Virus record (IMG/VR): IMGVR_UViG_3300027091_000001
Location: 3,711 to 67,710 of that record
Direction: 5' to 3' (one strand)
Origin: a virus
DNA length: 64,000 nt
The notes below the pieces were generated by a model. That model searched no databases. It was given only the letters and a program-made list of their open reading frames with translations, and was not told the DNA's origin. A program made the position numbers and the translations under genes. This document shows positions 1 through 6,900 of this stretch, one piece after another (the stretch's first letter is position 1; every line of letters starts with the position of its first letter).

Positions 1-1
1 A

Positions 2-145
2 AGTGGAGGCTCATACAAACGTCCCGCTCAGGATGGGCAAGCGTACCGCCCTTCACCTCCTGCCCAGCAACCTCAAACGATTCGAACAGATGACATCACT
101 GACCCATTCGAGGACAACTACAGCGGTGGGAATCCATTTGCATGA
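2..145 (+). CDS. ssb: 3' end of probable single-stranded DNA-binding protein (partial)
   Basis: Open frame SGGSYKRPAQDGQAYRPSPPAQQPQTIRTDDITDPFEDNYSGGNPFA*: G/P/Q-rich linker plus acidic DDITDPF tail typical of SSB C-termini; OB fold lies outside the window. Confidence 0.55.
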   Translation, partial: SGGSYKRPAQDGQAYRPSPPAQQPQTIRTDDITDPFEDNYSGGNPFA

Positions 146-447
146 CAGAGTTTCGTAAAATCTACGGAGTAGCCCTTTTAAATAAGGGCTACTATCACAC
201 GGATGTACTCAAGGCATTGCGTAAAGCAGGACACGAACTCTCATACCCTGCTCTCCTAATGCGTCTCATGAGGGGCACTCCAGACAAGGACTTTACAAAA
301 GCATTATCTTCTATCATTGGTTTGCCGCATATCTACATACACGAGTTATCTCTCGTGGCTTACAACAATTGGAAGGACAAACGGAATGCCTTACGTCGTA
401 GTCGAAGGAAAAACTTGGTACGGGAAAAAGTCACGGGGAACACTTGA
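142..447 (+). CDS. hypothetical basic protein, possibly HTH-like
   Basis: 101-aa ORF, ATGA overlap with upstream stop. Confidence 0.6.
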   Translation: MTEFRKIYGVALLNKGYYHTDVLKALRKAGHELSYPALLMRLMRGTPDKDFTKALSSIIGLPHIYIHELSLVAYNNWKDKRNALRRSRRKNLVREKVTGNT

Positions 448-466
448 TTCTGACCCACATCCCAAT

Positions 467-1414
467 ATGACGGCATTAGTTGAAACGTGGATAGATGTTG
501 ATGCACAAGTTTCCTTCAACAAGGACGTTTGGGACGTATCTATACTTACCCCTGACATGTCACTTTATAGCCGACCTCGTGTAAGGTTCTTACGCAAGGT
601 AAGCACAGGTGTTCTGGATGAAGCAATATCGTCATTCACAACAACGTCGTACAAAGTGATAGGGCAAAAGGACTCCGTCATTGCTGAGGGTGAACGTGAA
701 TTGCTGGTAGATGGCGGCAATCTGTTCATTCAAGAAGAGCCAAAGCGTAACACGTACGTTCATGTAATCAACGATGGTCGTGTGCATATTGCTCAACATG
801 GGCATTGCATGATTCGTCTGAGTCAAGGTGTTCTTTTTGCAAATGAAGAGTGTCAAGTTACAGTTGACGCTTACGGTACTTCAACAATCAATGCATCGTC
901 AGGCATGTGCCGCCTTCACGAGCAATCAGAGTGCAAAGTTGATGGATTTGCTAGAGTCATTACTTATGACACAAACCTTGTCATTGCCTCGGGTCACGCC
1001 ACCGTCATTGGAAATCCGGGAGCAACAGTTCACGCAAGTGGAAATGCTGTTGTAGATGTATCTGGAACCACGTTCTCGGTCATCAGCGGTAATGCCGTAC
1101 TCAGAATCAACGGTGATGCGGAGTTTAATGAGGCTACATCTGAAACCGTTTGCCATGAGGCGGGTGTGGCGAATGTATTCATCAAGGACAAAGCAACTGT
1201 CATCACGCAAGACGGCACTCGGTACTCCAGCACTGGAATATCGTACGCTCCGTCGGTAAAGATGGTAACAACGGGCGATGCATTGAAATTAGTGACTGAT
1301 TTGAAACCTCATTCACATCAAAGAGGCAACCCAGCATTTAAGAAAAGTTCTAAGCCGAGTGTTACTACAGATGACGTAGATGTTATTGCCGACAATACAG
1401 ACAATTTGATATAA
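467..1414 (+). CDS. hypothetical protein with VxAxGxAxV beta-helix-like repeats
   Basis: ORF 317..1414, more plausible ATG at 467; repeats such as VIASGHATV, VHASGNAVV, VISGNAVL; followed by terminator. Confidence 0.7.
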   Translation: MTALVETWIDVDAQVSFNKDVWDVSILTPDMSLYSRPRVRFLRKVSTGVLDEAISSFTTTSYKVIGQKDSVIAEGERELLVDGGNLFIQEEPKRNTYVHVINDGRVHIAQHGHCMIRLSQGVLFANEECQVTVDAYGTSTINASSGMCRLHEQSECKVDGFARVITYDTNLVIASGHATVIGNPGATVHASGNAVVDVSGTTFSVISGNAVLRINGDAEFNEATSETVCHEAGVANVFIKDKATVITQDGTRYSSTGISYAPSVKMVTTGDALKLVTDLKPHSHQRGNPAFKKSSKPSVTTDDVDVIADNTDNLI

Positions 1415-1462
1415 TCAACTTAGTCTAGCCTTCTTTCTTCTCCTAGACTGGTGTCAAACCAG

Positions 1463-1490
1463 AAAGCCCCGTCTTGTCAACGGGGCTTTT
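1463..1490. terminator. bidirectional intrinsic terminator
   Basis: aaagccccgt-cttgtca-acggggctttt between convergent genes. Confidence 0.8.
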
Positions 1491-1492
1491 GT

Positions 1493-1765
1493 TTACTTAG
1501 ATTCTTCTTGGACTCTGTTGAGTTCATTAGTCAGTTCAACAGCAAACTCAACTAGGCTGACTCCTAATGCATCAACAATCCTTTTTGTAACTGCAATGCC
1601 GACCGACCGTCGTCCTAATTCAATATCTGTCATATACGTGCGGTTAATGCTTGCTTTATATGCAAGGGTTTCTTGCCCATCTCCCGTACGTTTCCTTAAC
1701 CTTAACACCGTACGCCCGTAAGCAAGTTCAACATTCCCAGCAACTAGTTTTCTGTCTCTAATCAT
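1493..1765 (-). CDS. XRE-family helix-turn-helix protein
   Basis: LRLRKR...QETLAYKASINRTYMTDIELGRRSVGI...IVDALGV; likely start ATG 1765. Confidence 0.8.
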   Translation of the reverse strand: MIRDRKLVAGNVELAYGRTVLRLRKRTGDGQETLAYKASINRTYMTDIELGRRSVGIAVTKRIVDALGVSLVEFAVELTNELNRVQEESK

Positions 1766-2012
1766 TTTTATGCTTAAAGCCTCCACAGTGCTCACACCGT
1801 CCAGCCTTGTCTAAGAATGTGTCAATTGACACATTGAAAGCAGTGCTTGCTAGTACAAGTTTTCCTATTGTCAGTGGTGTAAATGCACCACGCTCAACTT
1901 GACTCAGGTAACTAGGTGTCACTTTTAAAACCTTAGCCATCCCTCTTAGGGAGTAGCCATTAGCCTCACGGAGTTCTCTAAACCAAACTCCAAACTCATT
2001 TACTTCATTCAC
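1758..2012 (-). CDS. XRE-family HTH protein with C-terminal CxxC
   Basis: FRELREANGYSLRGMAKVLKVTPSYLSQVERG; ends RCEHCGG; likely start GTG 2012. Confidence 0.8.
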   Translation of the reverse strand: MNEVNEFGVWFRELREANGYSLRGMAKVLKVTPSYLSQVERGAFTPLTIGKLVLASTAFNVSIDTFLDKAGRCEHCGGFKHKND

Positions 2013-2142
2013 AGTTAAAATCATCCTCCTCGTCCTCTTCCTCGACATCCGGGTCATATTCAGACCCGTCGTCAAAATCCTCTCCAGCACACATCATTCC
2101 CTCTACCTGCATGTCGAACAAATCGACTTCGTCAAAATCCAT
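2005..2142 (-). CDS. 45-aa hyperacidic peptide (not in ORF track)
   Basis: MDFDEVDLFDMQVEGMMCAGEDFDDGSEYDPDVEEEDEEDDFNCE; AAGAGG RBS and own promoter upstream. Confidence 0.7.
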   Translation of the reverse strand: MDFDEVDLFDMQVEGMMCAGEDFDDGSEYDPDVEEEDEEDDFNCE

Positions 2143-2160
2143 TTTACTTACCTCTTTTCA

Positions 2161-2204
2161 AACTTGATTGTTGATAGGTTACTACATACGAAACGCAATG
2201 TCAA
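2161..2204 (-). promoter_or_regulatory. island promoter (TCAAGTT class)
   Basis: TTGACA-17-TAACCT then aaTCAAGTTTG. Confidence 0.75.
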
Positions 2205-2258
2205 TAGTGTAGGCTTAAGATAAGTAAAAAGTATTTTATAAAAGTGTTGCCAAAACAC

Positions 2259-2302
2259 TTGACAATCGTGTAAACCCTAGACTATACTATTGACATCAAG
2301 TT
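2259..2302 (+). promoter_or_regulatory. island promoter (TCAAGTT class)
   Basis: TTGACA-18-TATACT-7-TCAAGTT, then GAAAGAGG RBS. Confidence 0.85.
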
Positions 2303-2323
2303 TGGAAAGAGGAAACAAAAATC

Positions 2324-2581
2324 ATGTTAACGATAAACGAAATTAGAATCGGTCTCGAAGACCGGAAAATCTTGGTCGGGAGAGACCTTACAAACGGAAC
2401 CGAAATCAAGGCTTGCCTTGATTTGGACGAGGACATTGACAGCAACGAGGCAATCTGGATAAAGTGCCTTGAAGGAAATATCATCCAGTGGGGGAGCGTT
2501 GGCGTTACCTACTCGGAAGAGTTTGAAGGTTGTAGTTGGTTTACAAGCCCAGACTACATCTGGGAAACAATCAGCAAGTAA
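2324..2581 (+). CDS. hypothetical protein
   Basis: 85-aa ORF with RBS; N-terminus MLTINEIRI matches 59938 ORF (MYTINEIRI). Confidence 0.75.
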   Translation: MLTINEIRIGLEDRKILVGRDLTNGTEIKACLDLDEDIDSNEAIWIKCLEGNIIQWGSVGVTYSEEFEGCSWFTSPDYIWETISK

Positions 2582-2649
2582 AAAGATTCTCTAGACTCGT
2601 CACAAATTGAACGAGTCTAGAGAATGTATAAGTAAGAGAAGGAAAAACT

Positions 2650-3171
2650 ATGAACTATAACATTCCAGACATGACAACTTGGAACCGCCACCAGAAACTC
2701 CACTGGCATATGGTAAATCCAGAAATGAGCAGTTACATTCAAAGCAAAACGGCTGTATTGGAGTACATTGCACTCAAAGGGTGGTTTGTCAATGAAGAAG
2801 AAAATCGTCACATTCTGGTGAACATCATTGACGATGCGACGTTTGCTTTCAATAACTTCGTCAACTATCTTGAAAACGCTCATCCAACAGATGACTTCAA
2901 TGAGCGTGATAGTCTACTTGAAAAATGTGCATATCCAAAGGCACTTTTTGAAGAGGCTTTTGAAAACATCTGTGCTACGTTCTTTGTGCGACGTGGTGAG
3001 TTTCCAGATGAAACCCTTGGCATCACGCTGAGTGACTTACACCTGAACTTCAAATACACGTCTCAGGATGACCCGTACGACCCTCAGTGGTGGGAGTTTA
3101 GGTTCATTGACGAATACCTAAACTCCAGCGTCTGGATTGGTGAAAACCCATTCAGTCCAGAGTCGGGCTAA
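2650..3171 (+). CDS. hypothetical protein
   Basis: 173-aa ORF, AGAAGGA RBS. Confidence 0.75.
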   Translation: MNYNIPDMTTWNRHQKLHWHMVNPEMSSYIQSKTAVLEYIALKGWFVNEEENRHILVNIIDDATFAFNNFVNYLENAHPTDDFNERDSLLEKCAYPKALFEEAFENICATFFVRRGEFPDETLGITLSDLHLNFKYTSQDDPYDPQWWEFRFIDEYLNSSVWIGENPFSPESG

Positions 3172-3185
3172 AAGGAGCAACTGGC

Positions 3186-3296
3186 ATGATATTCATTACA
3201 TTGATAACAACCCTCACCTTGGGCATTCTGGGGCTTACTGGGTGGTTTTTTGACGCAATCAGTCAATACCAAGACAAGATAGACAGAGGAGAATAA
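3186..3296 (+). CDS. 36-aa single-pass membrane peptide
   Basis: GGAG RBS; MIFITLITTLTLGILGLTGWFFDAISQYQDKIDRGE. Confidence 0.55.
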   Translation: MIFITLITTLTLGILGLTGWFFDAISQYQDKIDRGE

Positions 3297-3335
3297 GTGG
3301 CTCAAAAACAAATTGAAAAATAAACAAAACTACTG

Positions 3336-3364
3336 TTGACATCTGCTTTTTTATGTTGTAATGT
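3336..3364 (+). promoter_or_regulatory. sigma70-type promoter of ncRNA 1a
   Basis: TTGACA-17-TAATGT, 6 nt before GTGGTTGAGA. Confidence 0.75.
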
Positions 3365-3370
3365 ATATAC

Positions 3371-3590
3371 GTGGTTGAGATGAACGCCTCCTCTCAATCT
3401 AGTTCTGAAACTTGGAAGCGATAGCACAGAACTCTAAGAGTTAGAAGGTAGGGTGGAAGGGCTCACCAGTATTGAAAAATTCTGGTCTGGGATTCGAATA
3501 CCAGCACACCACGGACTAACAAAAAGAGCGAGCAATCGGGCTCGTAACTGAGGCAGGGTAGTCTCCCGACTGGGCTCGGCTACCCACAAA
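3371..3590 (+). ncRNA. putative structured ncRNA, family 1 copy a (tRNA-elbow-like)
   Basis: Own promoter, no ORF, serial hairpins, TTCGA loop, homologous to 6247..6005 with compensatory changes. Confidence 0.7.
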
Positions 3591-3610
3591 AAATATATTT
3601 GAAAAAGTAC

Positions 3611-3655
3611 TTGACAACTAAGTAAAGAGTGAACTATACTCTATTCAGTCAAGTT
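3611..3655 (+). promoter_or_regulatory. island promoter (TCAAGTT class)
   Basis: TTGACA-18-TATACT-8-TCAAGTT. Confidence 0.85.
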
Positions 3656-3860
3656 ACTTGATAGGCTGAAATGCCAAACTCCACCAGCGTGACCCGGTGG
3701 TATGCGAGCCCGAGCGAGATAGGGCAAATGAACTCGCTGTCGTAGGGATAGTAAAAAGTATTCTAAATAGAGTCACTTACCAAATGTATGGGAATAGGCT
3801 GGGAAGTAGGACATACACGAAGTGTCCAGCCGTGAAATAGCCCTGATGGTAAGTGAATAA
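3645..3860 (+). ncRNA. putative structured ncRNA carrying family 2 motif copy a (3773..3856)
   Basis: Promoter, no RBS/ORF; stems ttcagtc/ggctgaa, ccacc/ggtgg, agcgag/ctcgct, tcacttacca/tggtaagtga. Confidence 0.65.
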
Positions 3861-3889
3861 TGTTTTACTAAAAATAGTTCACAAAGTAC

Positions 3890-3933
3890 TTGACAAGTGC
3901 GTAAACAGTAACCTATACTCTGTACAACAAGTT
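3890..3933 (+). promoter_or_regulatory. island promoter (CAAGTT class)
   Basis: TTGACA-18-TATACT then CAAGTTGGAAGGAGG. Confidence 0.85.
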
Positions 3934-4200
3934 GGAAGGAGGTTGTAATGCAAATAGTTCAATATGGTGGTGGGGTCGTAAAGAGAACCTGACCCCACTT
4001 AATGATTCGTAAACCGATAGCGGATATTGCACCGCAAAGACACTCTGACAAGAGTGCACCATACCGGAGTTGGAATAGACTGGGGAAGTAGGACATACAC
4101 GAAATATCCCAGTCGTGAAATAGCCAACACGGTAGGTCAAAGATAAAAATCAGTGAGTGTGTCACTGAATACGCCAATCCGAACGAGGGTTGGTTTTTTT
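3925..4200 (+). ncRNA. putative structured ncRNA carrying family 2 motif copy b (4061..4135)
   Basis: Multibranch domain tatggtg/caccata enclosing gtggggtc/gaccccac, gcgg/ccgc, cactct/agagtg; ends in terminator ccaatcc/gggttgg+T7. Confidence 0.65.
3948..3992 (+). CDS. 14-aa leader peptide MQIVQYGGGVVKRT
   Basis: GGAGG RBS 5 nt before ATG; overlaps 5' stems of the RNA. Confidence 0.4.
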   Translation: MQIVQYGGGVVKRT

Positions 4201-4258
4201 GTATTTGAACTTGCGAGTGAGTCAGGTGCTGATAAAGTCCTATTGAATCTCCTTCACT

Positions 4259-4297
4259 GAAGCCCCACGTTATCTCCTCAACGTGGGGCTTCTTTTA
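4259..4297. terminator. strong hairpin/terminator at Mom-like gene end
   Basis: gaagccccacgtt-atctcctc-aacgtggggcttc followed by tttt. Confidence 0.75.
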
Positions 4298-5278
4298 TTC
4301 ACCACGAACTGAAGGATATGGATACGCCTTATTCGCCTCTAGGAACCTCGTACGGAGGCGTTTTGTCTCAACCTTGGACTTACCTAGCACATAGGCATAC
4401 TTATGTTTCTTTGGAGCCGACACTGGAGTTGCGATTGACTGCTTTTGGCGAGACAGGGCACGAAGGCTACTCTCAATGGATGACGGCACTCGAGTCCAGT
4501 CGATACAGCCATCATGAATCCAGTTGTCATCCCACTTGATTCCAATTTCACGGGCATAGAGTCTGTACGCTGACTTCTGTCTGAAGAACCTGTCTGACAC
4601 TATCTTCCCGGTGTAAGGATTGATGTACCTCGTAGATGCTCCAAACCGATTACCAAGGTAGTAGAAGTTACAGGCTTGATAAATCGTGCCTAACTCTTTA
4701 GCGGCAGGGTCGGAATAAGCGGTGAACAGCCTGAACTCGGTGTTGGTGACCATGTCTCGGATGCACCACATCATCATCCGGCTGGCTAGGCACTTTGGTG
4801 ACCACGACACACACGCTCCTCGGCTGATGAGACGCTCAATCCGTGTGTCATCCCCAAGCATCTTAGACATAGCGTTCGGGAGATTCATCAAAATCACCCC
4901 CGCAAGGATATGCCGCCCAAACAACCCCTGACTAGGGTCGAAGTAGTACGCCCCATACCAGTGCGTCGTGTACTGAGAGATTGTCCCAAGCCACTCATGC
5001 CTCTTGATGAACTCAATCGCCTGTTCCTTCTCCTCATCAGTCCGCATTAGCCTGAACGTAAAGTCGCTAACAGCCATTGCCGCTATGATTTCAGGCTTGA
5101 TGCCAGACAAGGCTATGTCTTCAGTAAGATTGTTGTGTCTGATGTCGTATTGCCAGCAGTGAGGCTTGTCGTAAGAGCGGAGCGATGCTTCATCTAAGTC
5201 CGAATTCACAACAAGGATAGGCTCATTACTGACGGCACACTGAGGGATGTCAAAGAGTGGGAGTTGGATGTTGCTCAT
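4295..5278 (-). CDS. Mom-like GNAT-fold DNA base-modification protein
   Basis: IERLISRGAC...FTAYSDPAAKELGTIYQACNFYYLG and C-terminal KKHKYAYVLG resemble the Mu Mom family signature (xxYxD...GxIYQAxNFxYxG). Confidence 0.7.
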   Translation of the reverse strand: MSNIQLPLFDIPQCAVSNEPILVVNSDLDEASLRSYDKPHCWQYDIRHNNLTEDIALSGIKPEIIAAMAVSDFTFRLMRTDEEKEQAIEFIKRHEWLGTISQYTTHWYGAYYFDPSQGLFGRHILAGVILMNLPNAMSKMLGDDTRIERLISRGACVSWSPKCLASRMMMWCIRDMVTNTEFRLFTAYSDPAAKELGTIYQACNFYYLGNRFGASTRYINPYTGKIVSDRFFRQKSAYRLYAREIGIKWDDNWIHDGCIDWTRVPSSIESSLRALSRQKQSIATPVSAPKKHKYAYVLGKSKVETKRLRTRFLEANKAYPYPSVRGE

Positions 5279-5280
5279 AT

Positions 5281-5306
5281 AAAGAAAAACCCCGCATGAA
5301 GCGGGG
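5281..5306 (-). terminator. intrinsic terminator directly upstream of Mom-like start codon
   Basis: minus strand ccccgc-ttcat-gcgggg-tttttcttt then atATG. Confidence 0.7.
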
Positions 5307-5332
5307 TACGGAAAACACTCCGTTAGAGAAGA

Positions 5333-5698
5333 CTAGTCATCATTCTGGAGCCAAACCCAAGGCAAGTCAATACGATTCTTCATGTAATCGAGGTCGTAGT
5401 CATCAGGCTTAGACTCAAAGAATTCAAGAATGCCGCCATAGTGCAATAGGCAAGCCCCGCACAGTGCTGTTACATCCTCGCCAAGGAAGACGTTGCATCC
5501 TTGACAACGAGAGTCGTACACGCCAGCGGTGTTTAGTGCCTTTGCAATTGCGTCGTCAACAACTCCGCTACAGTCCAACTCCACGTCGTACAACTCGTAA
5601 ACCTCGGCTTTTTGAGCCCGAGTCATGTACATTGTTGCGAGAGCAAGCGAAAATCCATGTTGCCGCTCTTCATATAAAATGTCTTCATCTGTAATCAT
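5333..5698 (-). CDS. hypothetical protein with CxxC..CxxC
   Basis: 121-aa ORF, AGGAG RBS; CQGC and CGAC motifs. Confidence 0.7.
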   Translation of the reverse strand: MITDEDILYEERQHGFSLALATMYMTRAQKAEVYELYDVELDCSGVVDDAIAKALNTAGVYDSRCQGCNVFLGEDVTALCGACLLHYGGILEFFESKPDDYDLDYMKNRIDLPWVWLQNDD

Positions 5699-5704
5699 TG
5701 GAAT

Positions 5705-6000
5705 CTCCTATGGTGGGAAGTATGGCTGGCTGGATTTCAACCAGTACGGAACACAAGGGCAGTTCTTTCGATGGTCTCTACCTCCGATGGTACTCGTGTC
5801 TCGTGAGAGAGCATCGTACCCAACCTACACTTCTTACTTGGATAGATTGTCGGATTTGCGTCAATCATCTCCAAGGTTTCAGTAAAAGATTGTGGATTGA
5901 ACCACTCCAAGGTTGCTACCCTTATTTGAATCTCACAATAGATTCTAGCCGTTGTGGTCTTTTACTGGAGCAGGGATGCCTCCCTACATCAAAGTCGTAC
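5705..6000 (-). ncRNA. putative structured non-coding RNA / long leader
   Basis: Minus-strand stems cagtaaaaga/tcttttactg enclosing three hairpins incl. gtgg-ttcaat-ccac; cttgga/tccaag; ctgg-ttgaaat-ccag; no credible ORF. Confidence 0.5.
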
Positions 6001-6004
6001 TAGG

Positions 6005-6247
6005 TGACTGAGTTGAACCCCTTGGGGTAACTCAGTCGCTCCAGTCGTAAGCCCGATTGCTTACACTTTCGGCTTCGGGGTGGCGTGGAATCGAACCTAA
6101 CCGCATTCAGTCAACAAGCATTGTCAATCGGCTGGAGCCAGCGATTCAGACTGAATAAACCTTCACCTTACTAAGCCCAAGGGTACAGGAGACATTGTTC
6201 CAGCCTCTCAACCCGTGCGATTGAAACAGGAGTGTTATCTCAACCAC
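6005..6247 (-). ncRNA. putative structured ncRNA, family 1 copy b (tRNA-elbow-like)
   Basis: Starts GTGGTTGAGA 6 nt after -10; contains GGTTCGATTCC and GCAATCGGGC hairpin shared with 3371 copy. Confidence 0.7.
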
Positions 6248-6253
6248 AACAAG

Positions 6254-6282
6254 AGTATCGCACACAAAATTATCATTGTCAA
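6254..6282 (-). promoter_or_regulatory. sigma70-type promoter of ncRNA 1b
   Basis: TTGACA-17-GATACT. Confidence 0.8.
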
Positions 6283-6327
6283 TAGTATATGTTTAAAATA
6301 TATACACTATTATTATTTACAGAACAC

Positions 6328-6371
6328 TTGACAACAGTGTAAATGTGAGTCTATACTCTTTACATCAAGTT
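6328..6371 (+). promoter_or_regulatory. island promoter (TCAAGTT class)
   Basis: TTGACA-18-TATACT-7-TCAAGTT then GAAGAGG. Confidence 0.85.
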
Positions 6372-6388
6372 TGAAGAGGTAGAAACAA

Positions 6389-6649
6389 ATGAAGGCACTT
6401 ACAGCATCAGAGCAGTTCCTGCTCACAACCTTCTCCGGTTGGGGTTACACGTCAGATGACGTTCATGCGTCGTATTGCAGAATCCTGTCAACGACAACTT
6501 TCACCAAAGAGGACTGCATCCGTATGCAACAACTCCTCAATGTCCTTGAAGTATTCAAACTCGAGGAAGCCCGTGAAATCGAGGAGCGTGAAAACGCTCT
6601 TGCCTCTGAAGAAGGCACATATGTCTGGGATAGAGGGTTCGCAAAGTAA
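6389..6649 (+). CDS. hypothetical protein
   Basis: 86-aa ORF after promoter and RBS. Confidence 0.75.
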   Translation: MKALTASEQFLLTTFSGWGYTSDDVHASYCRILSTTTFTKEDCIRMQQLLNVLEVFKLEEAREIEERENALASEEGTYVWDRGFAK

Positions 6650-6900
6650 TGAAGTCTGAAATCCTTGATTCGATGAAAGCCGTGCTGATTGAGTACGGCT
6701 CACCTGAACTCAGTACGTCCTACCCAAACGTAGAACGACTGTTTGAAAGCATCAGAGTTTGGCAAAAAAAAACGGACAGTCAATCGATGCTTAAAATATT
6801 GTCTCAGTATTCTGGACGGAATACGCCACTTACTATACTGGAAGTACACGACATCCTCAGCCACATACGTCGCTGGTACAGAGAAGAATCTAGCAAATGA
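6649..6900 (+). CDS. hypothetical protein
   Basis: TAATG coupling to upstream ORF. Confidence 0.7.
   Translation: MKSEILDSMKAVLIEYGSPELSTSYPNVERLFESIRVWQKKTDSQSMLKILSQYSGRNTPLTILEVHDILSHIRRWYREESSK

Noticed and set aside
3436-3511. Canonical tRNA ending in ACCA at 3511
   Set aside because: No 5' strand complementary to ccagcac; the 'anticodon' arm closes on a GAAA tetraloop
3785-3817. Pseudoknot tgtatg/cataca in family 2 motif
   Set aside because: Complement present only in copy a, so not supported by covariation
3828-3850. Hammerhead ribozyme (GAAA...CTGATG)
   Set aside because: No room for stems III and I between the motifs, and the second copy lacks CTGA
3913-4177. Minus-strand ORFs 3913..4140 and 3959..4177
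   Set aside because: Antisense to a promoter-driven structured RNA, no RBS, no recognisable protein features
5625-6003. Plus-strand ORFs 5625..5885 and 5698..6003
   Set aside because: No promoter or RBS on plus strand; region is better explained by minus-strand RNA structure
6060-6135. Canonical tRNA around GGTTCGATTCC (minus strand)
   Set aside because: T-stem is interrupted, there is no matching 7-bp acceptor stem or 7-nt anticodon loop; kept only as a tRNA-like motif
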